The notes beneath the pieces are model-generated. The model saw only the letters and a list, made by a program, of their open reading frames with translations, was not told the origin of the DNA and searched no databases. A program made the translations under genes and the position numbers. Below, piece by piece: positions 9,159 through 16,983 of a stretch of 64,000 nucleotides of DNA. The stretch is taken from the IMG/VR virus record IMGVR_UViG_3300033388_007730, positions 62,001 through 126,000 of that record; one strand, given 5' to 3'. Position 1 is the stretch's first letter. Every line of letters starts with the position of its first letter.

Positions 9159-9186
9159 TTCAAAGTGATTAATAATATCATATAAT
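9159..9186 (+). promoter_or_regulatory. sigma70-like promoter
   Basis: TTCAAA-16 nt (starting GTGA)-TATAAT. Confidence 0.45.
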
Positions 9187-9212
9187 GTCGATATATTGAT
9201 GGAGAAATAGTT

Positions 9213-9386
9213 GTGATTGATGTAAGATGCCCCCAGTGTAATAGCAATGATTTGGAGATCATTGATACCCAAGGTCATATCAAAGATGCCTATATTTCAG
9301 AGAAAACTGGATGTTTGAAATGTGGTCATGTATTTGATGTAGAAGCAAAAATATTTTATAAAAAAATAGGAGAAAAAAATGGCTAA
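9213..9386 (+). CDS. 57-aa zinc-ribbon protein (absent from ORF track)
   Basis: GTG start after SD GGAG; CPQCNSNDLEIIDT...CLKCGHVF. Confidence 0.6.
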   Translation: MIDVRCPQCNSNDLEIIDTQGHIKDAYISEKTGCLKCGHVFDVEAKIFYKKIGEKNG

Positions 9387-9663
9387 ATCTATTGTGAAAA
9401 AGACTATTAGAAGAAAAATCCAAACTGCAAAATTCGAGGCTCTTGATATTGAATTAGAAGTGGAAGAGCAGATTATATGGGATACAGAAGAAGAAAGAAT
9501 AGCGGCTACTGCTAAACTTTCTAAGAGATTGTTGGATGATTTTACTAAGACCTACAATGAAGTAGTCGAGAGAACTGGTGTTGATAGATGTATTGGTGTT
9601 GTTACTGTTAAGAAAGACAACAATAAATCTAATGGATCTGAAGTTGATTTTGATTTTAGTTAA
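9379..9663 (+). CDS. hypothetical protein
   Basis: SD AGGAG; acidic-aromatic end EVDFDFS. Confidence 0.65.
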   Translation: MAKSIVKKTIRRKIQTAKFEALDIELEVEEQIIWDTEEERIAATAKLSKRLLDDFTKTYNEVVERTGVDRCIGVVTVKKDNNKSNGSEVDFDFS

Positions 9664-9674
9664 GAGAGTGAAAT

Positions 9675-10733
9675 ATGACAGATAGAAGTGATGCTTTAGT
9701 AGCTTTTGAAGAAATGTTCAATGGCGTGTCTGAGGGTAGAGGTAAAGACAACACTGATCAGGCAGAAGAGTATGGTGATAGTTCTTTATCGGAAGAATCA
9801 TTTAACGATGTAGCAAAAAAAGTTGTTAATGATTTAAATGAGTGTGAGAGTGGGCATTCTTTGACAGATGTGAATAAGGTTCTTGGAGATATGGAGGAAG
9901 AAGAAATTCTTAAAGAAGCTCCTAGAGTAGAAATTGTAGAAGTTGTAAAAGATGATTCTGATGATGATTTTGATGCTTTGCCAGAGGAACCTAAAGATCT
10001 TCCAGAGCCTAGTGCAAGATTTGAGGAGATTGTAGAAAAGGCTACAAAAGAATTGGCTGAAGTAACAGAAGTTGTAGAGCATAAGGGTGGTTGTGTCGTT
10101 ATTTCGAATGAAAAAATTAAATGGAATTTAGATAGTCCGACAGCTCTATATAATAATTTTTACAGGAAGAAAAAAGAGTTGGTAGAAATTTATACTGGTA
10201 AACAACTTGATTTTTATGCTCTTAATATAGAACTTCGCAATGCATCAGTAGATATATCTTATGTTGTTTTTGATCAGGAAGTAGTTCTTCAACAGATGCA
10301 GGAAATTCAACAGCATAGAGAAAGAATAAAGAACATATCTTTAGAATGTAATATTCAGTATTTTGTGTGGAAAAGATGGATAGAAAAAGATATGATGAAG
10401 GGTTATCTTGCTATGGTAGAATATATTAAACCAGCTATTAAACAAGAAGGACTCGTTTTAGAACATATGAGAGATTTAGAATATTATTATGCACAGTTAG
10501 AAGCTCTTCATAATAATTGTCAAAAAGTAGAGAAGACTTTAGAAGCAGCATATGATACTTTGAGTAGAAGAGTTTCTATTTGTATGGAACTAAAAACTGG
10601 TATCAGGTATGCCAGGAGCGATAGTAGAGAAACTCCTTCAAAACAAGAGATTGTGAGAGAAGATGATTTTGATGATGTTCCAATGGGAGAAACTGCTACA
10701 AAAAAGAAAAGTGGTTTTATTGGATGGGCTTAA
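9675..10733 (+). CDS. hypothetical protein, acidic N-terminus plus helical/coiled-coil domain
   Basis: 352-aa ORF in the replication module immediately before SSB. Confidence 0.6.
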   Translation: MTDRSDALVAFEEMFNGVSEGRGKDNTDQAEEYGDSSLSEESFNDVAKKVVNDLNECESGHSLTDVNKVLGDMEEEEILKEAPRVEIVEVVKDDSDDDFDALPEEPKDLPEPSARFEEIVEKATKELAEVTEVVEHKGGCVVISNEKIKWNLDSPTALYNNFYRKKKELVEIYTGKQLDFYALNIELRNASVDISYVVFDQEVVLQQMQEIQQHRERIKNISLECNIQYFVWKRWIEKDMMKGYLAMVEYIKPAIKQEGLVLEHMRDLEYYYAQLEALHNNCQKVEKTLEAAYDTLSRRVSICMELKTGIRYARSDSRETPSKQEIVREDDFDDVPMGETATKKKSGFIGWA

Positions 10734-10742
10734 AATATTATG

Positions 10743-10771
10743 TTGAAAAGTGATTGTTAAAATTGTATAAT
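10743..10771 (+). promoter_or_regulatory. sigma70-like promoter for SSB-recA operon
   Basis: TTGAAA-17 nt-TATAAT. Confidence 0.65.
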
Positions 10772-10819
10772 TATATGAAGTAAAAATTTTTATTAACCCA
10801 CTTTTATAGGAGAAATATC

Positions 10820-11497
10820 ATGAGTGGATTTGTACAGTGGAATGAAGTACCAAGTGGTGGAGAAAGAACGAATTTTTTGGCTTTGAAGAGTGGTAATACT
10901 TATAAAATAAGACCTCTTCTTCAACCCCTTAATTTTCACAAGTATTTCCACAAAGTAGATGGCAAAATGAGAACTGCTGTCGTGTCGGAAGAAGTAGTAG
11001 CTCAAATGGCAGCTAAATATCCTGACTTAGGCAAACCAGCTAATCGTTATGCTATGTATGTTTTAGATAGAAATGACAATAACCAAATTAAAGTTATGGA
11101 ATTTCCTATCTCTGTTTACAAGCAATTTAGTAATAGTTTCCAGGCGACTAATAATGAGCCAGGAAGCAAGGTGAATGGTAGCGACTGGATGATTAAGATT
11201 TCAGGAACTGGTTTCAATACTACTTATGAAACAACATTTATCGCCAACACTCCTTTGACGGAAGAAGAAATTAATGTTGTGAAAACTGAGCTTGCTGGAG
11301 ACTCAGAAAAGTTAGCAACAATATTCCCTTTTAATGAGGTTCCTCAGGCGGAGAAAAGATTGTTTAATCCAGATGAGAAGGGTAATGGTGGTCAGGCTAG
11401 TTCGCCTGCTGTTAGTGCGCCTGCTGTTAGTTCGCCTGCTGTTAGCGGGATTGTTCCTTCAACTGGTTCAGATGAGGATTTTAATCCAGATTGGTAA
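10820..11497 (+). CDS. phage gp32-like single-stranded DNA-binding protein
   Basis: FLALKSGNTYKIRPL, YVLDRND..IKVMEF, DWMIKISGTGFNTTY; flexible linker and acidic tail DEDFNPDW; adjacent to recA. Confidence 0.7.
   Translation: MSGFVQWNEVPSGGERTNFLALKSGNTYKIRPLLQPLNFHKYFHKVDGKMRTAVVSEEVVAQMAAKYPDLGKPANRYAMYVLDRNDNNQIKVMEFPISVYKQFSNSFQATNNEPGSKVNGSDWMIKISGTGFNTTYETTFIANTPLTEEEINVVKTELAGDSEKLATIFPFNEVPQAEKRLFNPDEKGNGGQASSPAVSAPAVSSPAVSGIVPSTGSDEDFNPDW
11401..11445 (+). repeat. 15-bp tandem repeat x3 in the SSB linker
   Basis: (T/G)CGCCTGCTGTTAG units encoding SPAVS/APAVS. Confidence 0.75.
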
Positions 11498-11509
11498 TAG
11501 GAGATTGAT

Positions 11510-12712
11510 ATGGCTAAGTCTAAAAAAAGTAGTGACGACAAGGGCAAGGGCAAGAAAAAGAAAAGATCAGATATCGAAGTAGCTTTTGATAATTTGAAAG
11601 GTTTTTGTCAAATAGGGGCTAGAGTTTCAAGCCCTGGTAATGTTCCAACTGGTCATTTTAAGTTAGATTTTGCAATTCAATATGGAATGGATATCACTAA
11701 AACTGATTTGAGCAAAGTTGAAAAGAATGGGAACCAATACGATCCAAGTAAAACTCTTGGCATACCTCTTGGTAAGTTAGTCGAAATATACGGTGAAGAG
11801 GGAAGCGGGAAATCTTCCCTCGCCTACCGTATAATCGGTTATGCTCAAAAGTTAGGATATTTGACAGCTTGGATTGATGCAGAGCATTCTTATCAGGAAA
11901 ATTTAGCGAAACTGAATGGATGCGATACTAATAATTTGCTTTATGCTAATATGGTTAATCATGAAGATGCGGAAAAGGTTTTTTACGCAGAAGATATCAT
12001 GGATAAAATGATCATAATGATGAAGAACAAAGTAAAAGTAATAGTATTAGATTCAGTAGCAGCTATGGTTCCTGAGACTTTATATGAAGCAAAATCCAAG
12101 CAGCAGTTTATGGGTTTATTGCCAAGATTCTTAAGCAATAATTTGGGTAAACTTGTAGCTCATGCCGAACAGAATGGCACTCTTCTAATTTTTATTAATC
12201 AGCTTAGAGAAAAGATTGGTCAAATGTATGGAGATCCTAAAACTAGTCCTGGTGGGCACTGTCTACATCACAATGCGTCTCTTAGATTGCGCATGATGAA
12301 GAAAAATAGTAAAGATGCGGAACTTATTGTCCCGAATCCTGATACAGGAGAGGATATGTTGATAGGAAAGCATTCTATTGTTAGATTAATTAAGAATAGA
12401 TTTGCTCAACCTTATACCGAGTCTCTAGATATTCCTATTTATTATCAATCCTATTTTCCGGATATAGAAGAAATAGCTTTTGACACCGGAAGACAGATTA
12501 AATTGATTTCAGTTAGAAAAGGTATTTTTAATTGGGATGGATTAAAGATAGAAGGAAGAGCAGAGTTTATAGATCATGTTAAGAGTAAGGATTTGATTGA
12601 TGATCTTATTGAAGCGATTAAACTCAAGGCAGAGGAAAATAATGTTCTGCTTCCACCAGAAATTATTCAGTATTCTGGTATTAGTAGCGAGTGCTCCACG
12701 CAGGCGGAATAA
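11510..12712 (+). CDS. recA: RecA recombinase
   Basis: Walker A GEEGSGKS, WIDAEHS, Walker B VIVLDSVAAM, FINQLREKIGQMYGDPKTSPGG. Confidence 0.92.
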   Translation: MAKSKKSSDDKGKGKKKKRSDIEVAFDNLKGFCQIGARVSSPGNVPTGHFKLDFAIQYGMDITKTDLSKVEKNGNQYDPSKTLGIPLGKLVEIYGEEGSGKSSLAYRIIGYAQKLGYLTAWIDAEHSYQENLAKLNGCDTNNLLYANMVNHEDAEKVFYAEDIMDKMIIMMKNKVKVIVLDSVAAMVPETLYEAKSKQQFMGLLPRFLSNNLGKLVAHAEQNGTLLIFINQLREKIGQMYGDPKTSPGGHCLHHNASLRLRMMKKNSKDAELIVPNPDTGEDMLIGKHSIVRLIKNRFAQPYTESLDIPIYYQSYFPDIEEIAFDTGRQIKLISVRKGIFNWDGLKIEGRAEFIDHVKSKDLIDDLIEAIKLKAEENNVLLPPEIIQYSGISSECSTQAE

Positions 12713-12714
12713 GG

Positions 12715-13425
12715 ATGTATTATGAAAAATGGGTCGATAGGTTTCCTGAATCAGAAAGAAAATCTATAGTCAAAGCAGCCAAAATAACAATTGATAAACC
12801 AGAGGGTGCTAAAGCTTTAGATTATTTGATTAATACCAGGAAATTATCGAAGAAGATTATAGACGATTTTGATGTAGGATATTGTCCTAAATCTGTTAAT
12901 CATCAAGTTTGTGGCAGAATAATTACGCCTTTATATGATGCTTATAAAAATTTGGTAATTATATCTACCCGTCTTCCATATGCAGCTCCTCTTCGATTCT
13001 GGCATGAGCAGTTTGATAAAGGTTCTTACTTATATGGTCTTCATCGTGCCAAGAAATCAATAATCAAGAGTAACAAGGTTATTCTAGTTGAAGGAGAATT
13101 TGATGTGCTTGCGATGCATACTAATGGGTTCACTCAAACAGTTGGAATCTGTGGTAGTGCTTTAACTTTATTCCAAGTAGCATTATTATCAAAATATGCC
13201 TCTTTCTTTTATCTTTTATTTGATGGTGATGGACCTGGACAGAATGCAATAAATAGAGCTATGAAAATGTACAAGGAACATTTTTTAAGAGGTTATGGCA
13301 TATATTTTATTCCTGTTAGGGTTCCTAACCAGTTAGATCCAGATGATTTTATAAAACAAAATGGTAGAGTAGAAATGAAAAAAATATTAGTTGATGCATA
13401 TGAAGAGTATAAAATATTAATTTAA
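12715..13425 (+). CDS. dnaG: DnaG-type primase catalytic core (TOPRIM), no zinc-binding domain
   Basis: LYGL, VILVEGEFDVLAM, GSALT, LFDGDGPG, DPDDFI. Confidence 0.82.
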   Translation: MYYEKWVDRFPESERKSIVKAAKITIDKPEGAKALDYLINTRKLSKKIIDDFDVGYCPKSVNHQVCGRIITPLYDAYKNLVIISTRLPYAAPLRFWHEQFDKGSYLYGLHRAKKSIIKSNKVILVEGEFDVLAMHTNGFTQTVGICGSALTLFQVALLSKYASFFYLLFDGDGPGQNAINRAMKMYKEHFLRGYGIYFIPVRVPNQLDPDDFIKQNGRVEMKKILVDAYEEYKILI

Positions 13426-13440
13426 TGAGGTAACATAAGT

Positions 13441-14451
13441 ATGGCATATGAAGATTATACACCAAAGGAAGTTTCATCTTTAATGGGTTTGATTGATACA
13501 TATAGAAGATGGGGACATTATAAAGAAAGAAATGATAGAAAATATGTACACTATCATCCATCTGAGTGGGGCAAGTGTCTAAGACTACAACAATATAAAC
13601 ATTATGTTGAACTAGGATATATCAAATCAGAGTTTTCTCCATTCAGTAGTAAATTATTGAGGCTCTTTGATAAGGGTCATAATATGCATAATAGATGGAC
13701 TAACTATTTTGATGATATCGGAAATATATTGTTGGGTAGATGGAGATGTAAAAATCCTCTTTGTTCTTTATTCGATTCTAATGGAGAAATGAAGAGTACC
13801 TCTTCAGAAGAATTAAGTGAAGTGTATAAGAATGGCAAGAGAAGGATATATGGCAATAAAAAGCCTATCTTTAAACCAGAAAAATGTGTTTGTGGTTGTA
13901 CTGAATTCAATTATGAAGAAACCATTGTTGAAGACACGACATTGAACTTTAAAGGTCGTGCTGATATGATAATAAACTGTGAGAATTTGGATGTTGAAAG
14001 ATTCAAAGATGTAGACATTACATTTGATACTAGGTTTTTGCCATCTAAAGGAATGAAAGTAGTTGGTGATTTTAAAACTATTAATGCCAGGTCTATGACT
14101 AACCAATTAGATAAGAAGGGACCGCATAAATCATATTTGATTCAGTTGACAATTTATACTCATATTCTTGGTTGTGATTATGGATTATTGATGTATGAGT
14201 GTAAGGATAATTCAGAAATGAGATGGTACATGGTCCCAAGGAATGAAGAGTGGTGGGAGATTATAAAATATCAGGCTAAGAAAATGATTGATATTGCGTC
14301 TTCTAAACAGCTTCCTCCTCCAAGACCGATGAAGAGTGACTGTTATGAATGTATGAATTGTAGCTTCAGAAGTATGTGTAAAAAATCTTCAATTTGGGAA
14401 AAAGAAAATCTAAATGAGATCAGAAGAAAGTTTTATAAAGACCTACTGTAA
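13441..14451 (+). CDS. Cas4-like PD-(D/E)XK exonuclease with probable Fe-S cluster
   Basis: HPSEWGKCLR, GRADMI, DFKT, QLTIY, C-terminal CMNCSFRSMC. Confidence 0.75.
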   Translation: MAYEDYTPKEVSSLMGLIDTYRRWGHYKERNDRKYVHYHPSEWGKCLRLQQYKHYVELGYIKSEFSPFSSKLLRLFDKGHNMHNRWTNYFDDIGNILLGRWRCKNPLCSLFDSNGEMKSTSSEELSEVYKNGKRRIYGNKKPIFKPEKCVCGCTEFNYEETIVEDTTLNFKGRADMIINCENLDVERFKDVDITFDTRFLPSKGMKVVGDFKTINARSMTNQLDKKGPHKSYLIQLTIYTHILGCDYGLLMYECKDNSEMRWYMVPRNEEWWEIIKYQAKKMIDIASSKQLPPPRPMKSDCYECMNCSFRSMCKKSSIWEKENLNEIRRKFYKDLL

Positions 14452-14523
14452 AGATTTTTAACCATATATTCCGATTATATGTTGTTAATGTAATAATATG
14501 TAATCTAATTAGGAGAAAATGTT

Positions 14524-14847
14524 ATGGCAACAGATGGCAACAGAAATGATGAAGCTAGGGACGAAACACTCTTGCTTGTACGTGGCAGTCAAAATGATAA
14601 GATGAAGGATAAGGAATATGTAAAAAAATTAGCGAATGCTATATTGCAGGTTTATTCTAAACATGAATCTGCTAAGTTGAGGTGTGTCGGAGCTGCTGCT
14701 TTAAATAACGCAATAAAATCAATAATTATAGCAAAAGGTGAACTAGATAAAAAAGGAACAGATATTTTAGTAAGTCCTAGTTTCACGACAGTTAATTTTA
14801 AGGGAGAAGATAAGACGGGGATAGTTCTTGAAGTAGTTCAAGGATAA
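14524..14847 (+). CDS. spoVS: SpoVS family (Alba-like) protein
   Basis: LANAI...CVGAAALNNAIKSIIIAKG...SPSFTTV...EDKTGI follows the SpoVS pattern. Confidence 0.75.
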   Translation: MATDGNRNDEARDETLLLVRGSQNDKMKDKEYVKKLANAILQVYSKHESAKLRCVGAAALNNAIKSIIIAKGELDKKGTDILVSPSFTTVNFKGEDKTGIVLEVVQG

Positions 14848-14881
14848 GTTGTAAATAATGTATTTTTAATGAGGTGATATT

Positions 14882-15541
14882 ATGTCTGATTACGAACAAA
14901 TTTTTCACAAACAGGAATTGTATGATATGTTTTCTAAGGGAGAAGTTAAGGCACTTGAAGATCTTTACGGAATTGAAGATGTTGTTTTGAGTTCTAAAGA
15001 AGTAGAAAAAAAGATTGAGTTTTACAAAGGTCTCAAGAGGAAAAAGGTTAAGGATATAAATGATGCTATCAAAGTTCTTGAGAACAAGCTATCTTTCTTT
15101 AAGAGGGTTGTTCTGGTTACTCTTCAAGAGAATAAAGAGAAAAGTGTTGATTTTCCTGGTTCTTGTAGAGCGTCCTCTCGTCGTCAAAGAGCTAATTGGA
15201 CTATAGCCGATGAAGAAGAGTTTATCAAGATTATGGAAAAGGCAGAAGAAGACGGTGAGAAGGTAGATGGAGTTATAGAAGAAGTTAAAGAGTATGTTGT
15301 TAGAAAGAAATTTGCTAATAAACTTCTTGATAATTGGGAAAAGAATGGAAACTTTGAAAAATATATCCTCTTGGATGAAGATGATGATGGTATTCAATGT
15401 GTGGTGAAAGAGCCTGCCAAAACAGGCGTAACATTTACTTACCCTAAGAAAGAAGAAGAGGATGATGAGGTGATAGATGAAACTGTGCCAGTCAAGGAAG
15501 ATATTCCTGAGCCTGTCATTGATGGATTCGACACATTATAA
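14882..15541 (+). CDS. Gam/Gp157-like DNA end-binding or nuclease-inhibitor protein
   Basis: coiled coil, then KSVDFPG..R..RANWTIADEEEF. Confidence 0.45.
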   Translation: MSDYEQIFHKQELYDMFSKGEVKALEDLYGIEDVVLSSKEVEKKIEFYKGLKRKKVKDINDAIKVLENKLSFFKRVVLVTLQENKEKSVDFPGSCRASSRRQRANWTIADEEEFIKIMEKAEEDGEKVDGVIEEVKEYVVRKKFANKLLDNWEKNGNFEKYILLDEDDDGIQCVVKEPAKTGVTFTYPKKEEEDDEVIDETVPVKEDIPEPVIDGFDTL

Positions 15542-15545
15542 CATT

Positions 15546-16307
15546 ATGAAAGATTTTTACCAAAGAATTAGAATAAATAACTCTAAAGTTAAAAAGAATT
15601 TTTCTTCGTTACATAATCTATACAATAAAATTCCTGATACTAAAGGTTGTTTAGAGAATATCGATAAGAATGAATGTTGCGGTGGTTGGTGTTGTAAAAT
15701 ACAAACCCCGCAACTTCTTTATTGTGAGTTCTTATTGATATGGAGATATCTAAGTAAGAATCTTTCAGATGATGAGATGTGTGAATTATTCAGAAAGTGC
15801 ATGCTGAATGCTACTAAAGATATCCCATCTAAAGGATGTGTTTTTTTTGATGGCAAAAAAAAGTTGTGTAAGATACATAAGGTTAGACCTTATAACTGTA
15901 GAATATATGGAATTACACCGGATGAAGAATTTAATAAAAGGTATAAGAAGTTAAAAGAACAATATAAGAATGTTCCAGGTGCGAAGATAGAAAAGCAGTG
16001 CTCATTAGTCTCTGTAGAAGATGGATCTAAGATTACATCTGAAGATACTGATAAATGGTGGAAGGATCTTAGTAAGATAGAGAGATCTATTGGGATCAGG
16101 GAAGTTAATATCTCTGATAAGGCAGGAGGAAGTTATAGATCGCCTCACGACCATGTTTTATTATATAATATGCCAGATAATATCTTATCAGGTATTTCAG
16201 GAATTCGATTATATGATAGCTATGTAGATAAAATAAAAGCTATTGATGAGATTATTAATAATATAAAGAAACATTTTAAAAATGGAAAAGAAACTAATAA
16301 AAGTTAA
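15546..16307 (+). CDS. YkgJ family cysteine-cluster protein
   Basis: CCGGWCC...CVFFD...CKIHKVRPYNCRIYG. Confidence 0.75.
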   Translation: MKDFYQRIRINNSKVKKNFSSLHNLYNKIPDTKGCLENIDKNECCGGWCCKIQTPQLLYCEFLLIWRYLSKNLSDDEMCELFRKCMLNATKDIPSKGCVFFDGKKKLCKIHKVRPYNCRIYGITPDEEFNKRYKKLKEQYKNVPGAKIEKQCSLVSVEDGSKITSEDTDKWWKDLSKIERSIGIREVNISDKAGGSYRSPHDHVLLYNMPDNILSGISGIRLYDSYVDKIKAIDEIINNIKKHFKNGKETNKS

Positions 16308-16647
16308 AATATTAGATATGGAGTATGAGAAAGAAGATTATACTTTGATCATGGATATTTTAGATATAGACAAGAATGAAAAAGTTAGTCTTATTATGAG
16401 AGCAGAAGATTTTAAAATTCCAAGGAAGGTTAAAATGCCTAATGGAGAAATAGGTGACATTCCTATAGATGTGATGGAGAACTTTTGTGAAGAAATGAAG
16501 GGTAAAGAGAAAAATCTTTTTGTAGAGCAAGATATTTATAAAGGATATAGTGATGAACCTTCGGAAACAGAGATGTTAGCACTTCAAGAAGATATGGATA
16601 GGTATCCATATAAGGAGTTAATAAGAAAAAAGCTTAATGAGGGTTAG
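16282..16647 (+). CDS. hypothetical protein
   Basis: 121-aa ORF within operon. Confidence 0.55.
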   Translation: MEKKLIKVKILDMEYEKEDYTLIMDILDIDKNEKVSLIMRAEDFKIPRKVKMPNGEIGDIPIDVMENFCEEMKGKEKNLFVEQDIYKGYSDEPSETEMLALQEDMDRYPYKELIRKKLNEG

Positions 16648-16909
16648 TGTTATGTTTGTCAGATTTTTTGGAGGCTCCAATTGCAGAGAATGTTTGGAGC
16701 TTTTTGTAATTTTAAATAAATTAAATGTAGATTTTGAATATGTAGATGCTTTTGATGATGATACTCAAGATTTTTGTGATGAACATAATGTAGATAAATT
16801 GCCACATATTCAATTTGTAGAAGATGAAGATGTAATAATTGAACATGCGGGATCTATTAACGAGGATGAGTTTACTCAATATCTTATTTCATATTTTCCA
16901 AATTACTAA
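16637..16909 (+). CDS. thioredoxin/glutaredoxin-fold protein
   Basis: CREC motif, YVDA, VDKLPHIQF cis-Pro region. Confidence 0.7.
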   Translation: MRVSVMFVRFFGGSNCRECLELFVILNKLNVDFEYVDAFDDDTQDFCDEHNVDKLPHIQFVEDEDVIIEHAGSINEDEFTQYLISYFPNY

Positions 16910-16920
16910 GATTTTTGTCA

Positions 16921-16948
16921 TTGAAAGTGATTATTTTTGTGGTATAAT
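16921..16948 (+). promoter_or_regulatory. sigma70-like promoter for uvrD
   Basis: TTGAAA-16 nt-TATAAT with extended -10 TG. Confidence 0.6.
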
Positions 16949-16983
16949 CATTTCTGTTAATAAGTTAGATGAGGTGGGAATTT

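Noticed and set aside
13441-14451. CRISPR-Cas system suggested by the Cas4-like gene
   Set aside because: No repeat-spacer array or other cas genes; solo Cas4-like nucleases are common in phage recombination modules
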